DNA of 61,578 bases, the filler included, from Sphacelaria rigidula (Eukaryota): NCBI GenBank assembly GCA_964200075.2. It is 4 parts of 4 records of this genome, joined end to end, with 100 filler letters (N's around TTAATTAATTAA, not from the genome) between each part and the next. Parts side by side here need not be neighbours in the genome. Positions count along the whole stretch, not along the records: positions 46,265 to 61,578 come from CAXNAA020001799.1; 3 more parts are not named here. The stretch is one strand, 5' to 3'. Within the stretch, counting starts at the first letter, position 1. Each line of letters opens with the position of its first letter. Below are positions 60,654 to 61,578 of the stretch, in pieces. A model generated the notes under the pieces. That model did no database searches. It had not been told where the DNA came from and was given only the letters and a program-made list of their open reading frames with translations. Made by a program: the position numbers and the translations under genes.

Positions 60654-61578
60654 GTGCGACGTGCCAAGTGTTCGGACTATCTACCTCGATCATATCTAGA
60701 AAATACACCTTACTATACTACAGAAATAGTCGTTATACAGAAAGTAGTGTACCCCTCATAGCTGATCCAACGACGCAACATGCAGCCTCGCCAGCACCAA
60801 AGCCCTCGGCGAATCGAGGTTGAAAGTGTTTCCGTCGGTGGGTGCTAAAGCGCACAGGCTACCCTACCCCAGGGGAGGTTCAAATTTAGTTTTACAAGGC
60901 AGATAGCCCCCCGAGTGTTGATATTTTCGAGAACACGAGTGGGGGAAGGGCGCGGGTCGGTACCGGGAGACACACCTACAGTAACTACTCGATGTTCGTA
61001 CTAGATTTGCTGTTGGCATACGTGTTGTCATACCGTAAGGCACGATGCACTTGTGATTCGACATATATCTCGTCTGTATACAGTGCCGAGTTCGCTTTAT
61101 GTCATGGGGGTCCAGCTATCTTCTCCATCGATCTTTGTATTTTCTTCCTTGGGACGAGTTTGTCGCCTCAAGGGAGCAACCCCTTTCTCCAGGTATATAT
61201 GCCTGATATTTTGGTATCACAGATTAGATGAACACTTCTAATAATGTTTTAGTGAGATTCAGAGTCTAAAATAGGAAATCCTATAGAATTGAGAGTGAGA
61301 AGTGGTCAATTAATGGATGAAGTGGTTTCAGTTCCGAAATCCCCCTCCGGGCCTTATACGAGGCCCGATACGGTATCTGTAGTAGCTTGCCACTGAAGCC
61401 TTTGATGTCCCTGAGTAGGATATCGACATGTAGCTGTAAGGACATGACAGCGCTGCAGGCAAGGAAAAGCACACACAACATGAAAAAGCAGCCGATCTCG
61501 AAAATGGGGTTGAAAAAGAAATGAGGTTCAACTCAAAAGCTGTGCTTTCCCTGACCTAAATTCAAGACAAATGACTTT

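Overview
This is eukaryotic, intron-rich DNA, most likely from a brown alga (Phaeophyceae-like stramenopile). The evidence is GT-AG introns with small exons, an ASAFAP-type plastid leader and characteristic repeat families. The window is not one locus. It is four contigs (1-15325, 15426-30748, 30849-46164, 46265-61578; 15325, 15323, 15316 and 15314 bp) joined by artificial N44-TTAATTAATTAA-N44 linkers. Splicing by hand recovers eight genes, most of them partial: a six-exon fragment of a tandem Ig/IPT-like repeat protein, AP-3 delta (AP3D1, 5' exons), POLE3/DPB4 (5' exons), a seven-exon Tim44-like domain protein, the first exon of a plastid-targeted protein, SURF2, a coiled-coil plus ankyrin protein and a secreted Kelch-like protein. 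Three pairs are arranged head-to-head. The rest is mostly transposon-derived: a chromodomain Gypsy 3' end, a decayed Gypsy pol, a decayed LINE, tRNA-derived SINEs, hAT-like and Tc1-like MITEs, long foldbacks and a Helitron-like end. I found no CRISPR array, rRNA or genuine tRNA gene, and no clearly new multi-gene system. The best leads are an intronic, almost loop-less 460-bp foldback, a possible poly(C) insertion preference of the LINE, and two poorly characterised protein families.
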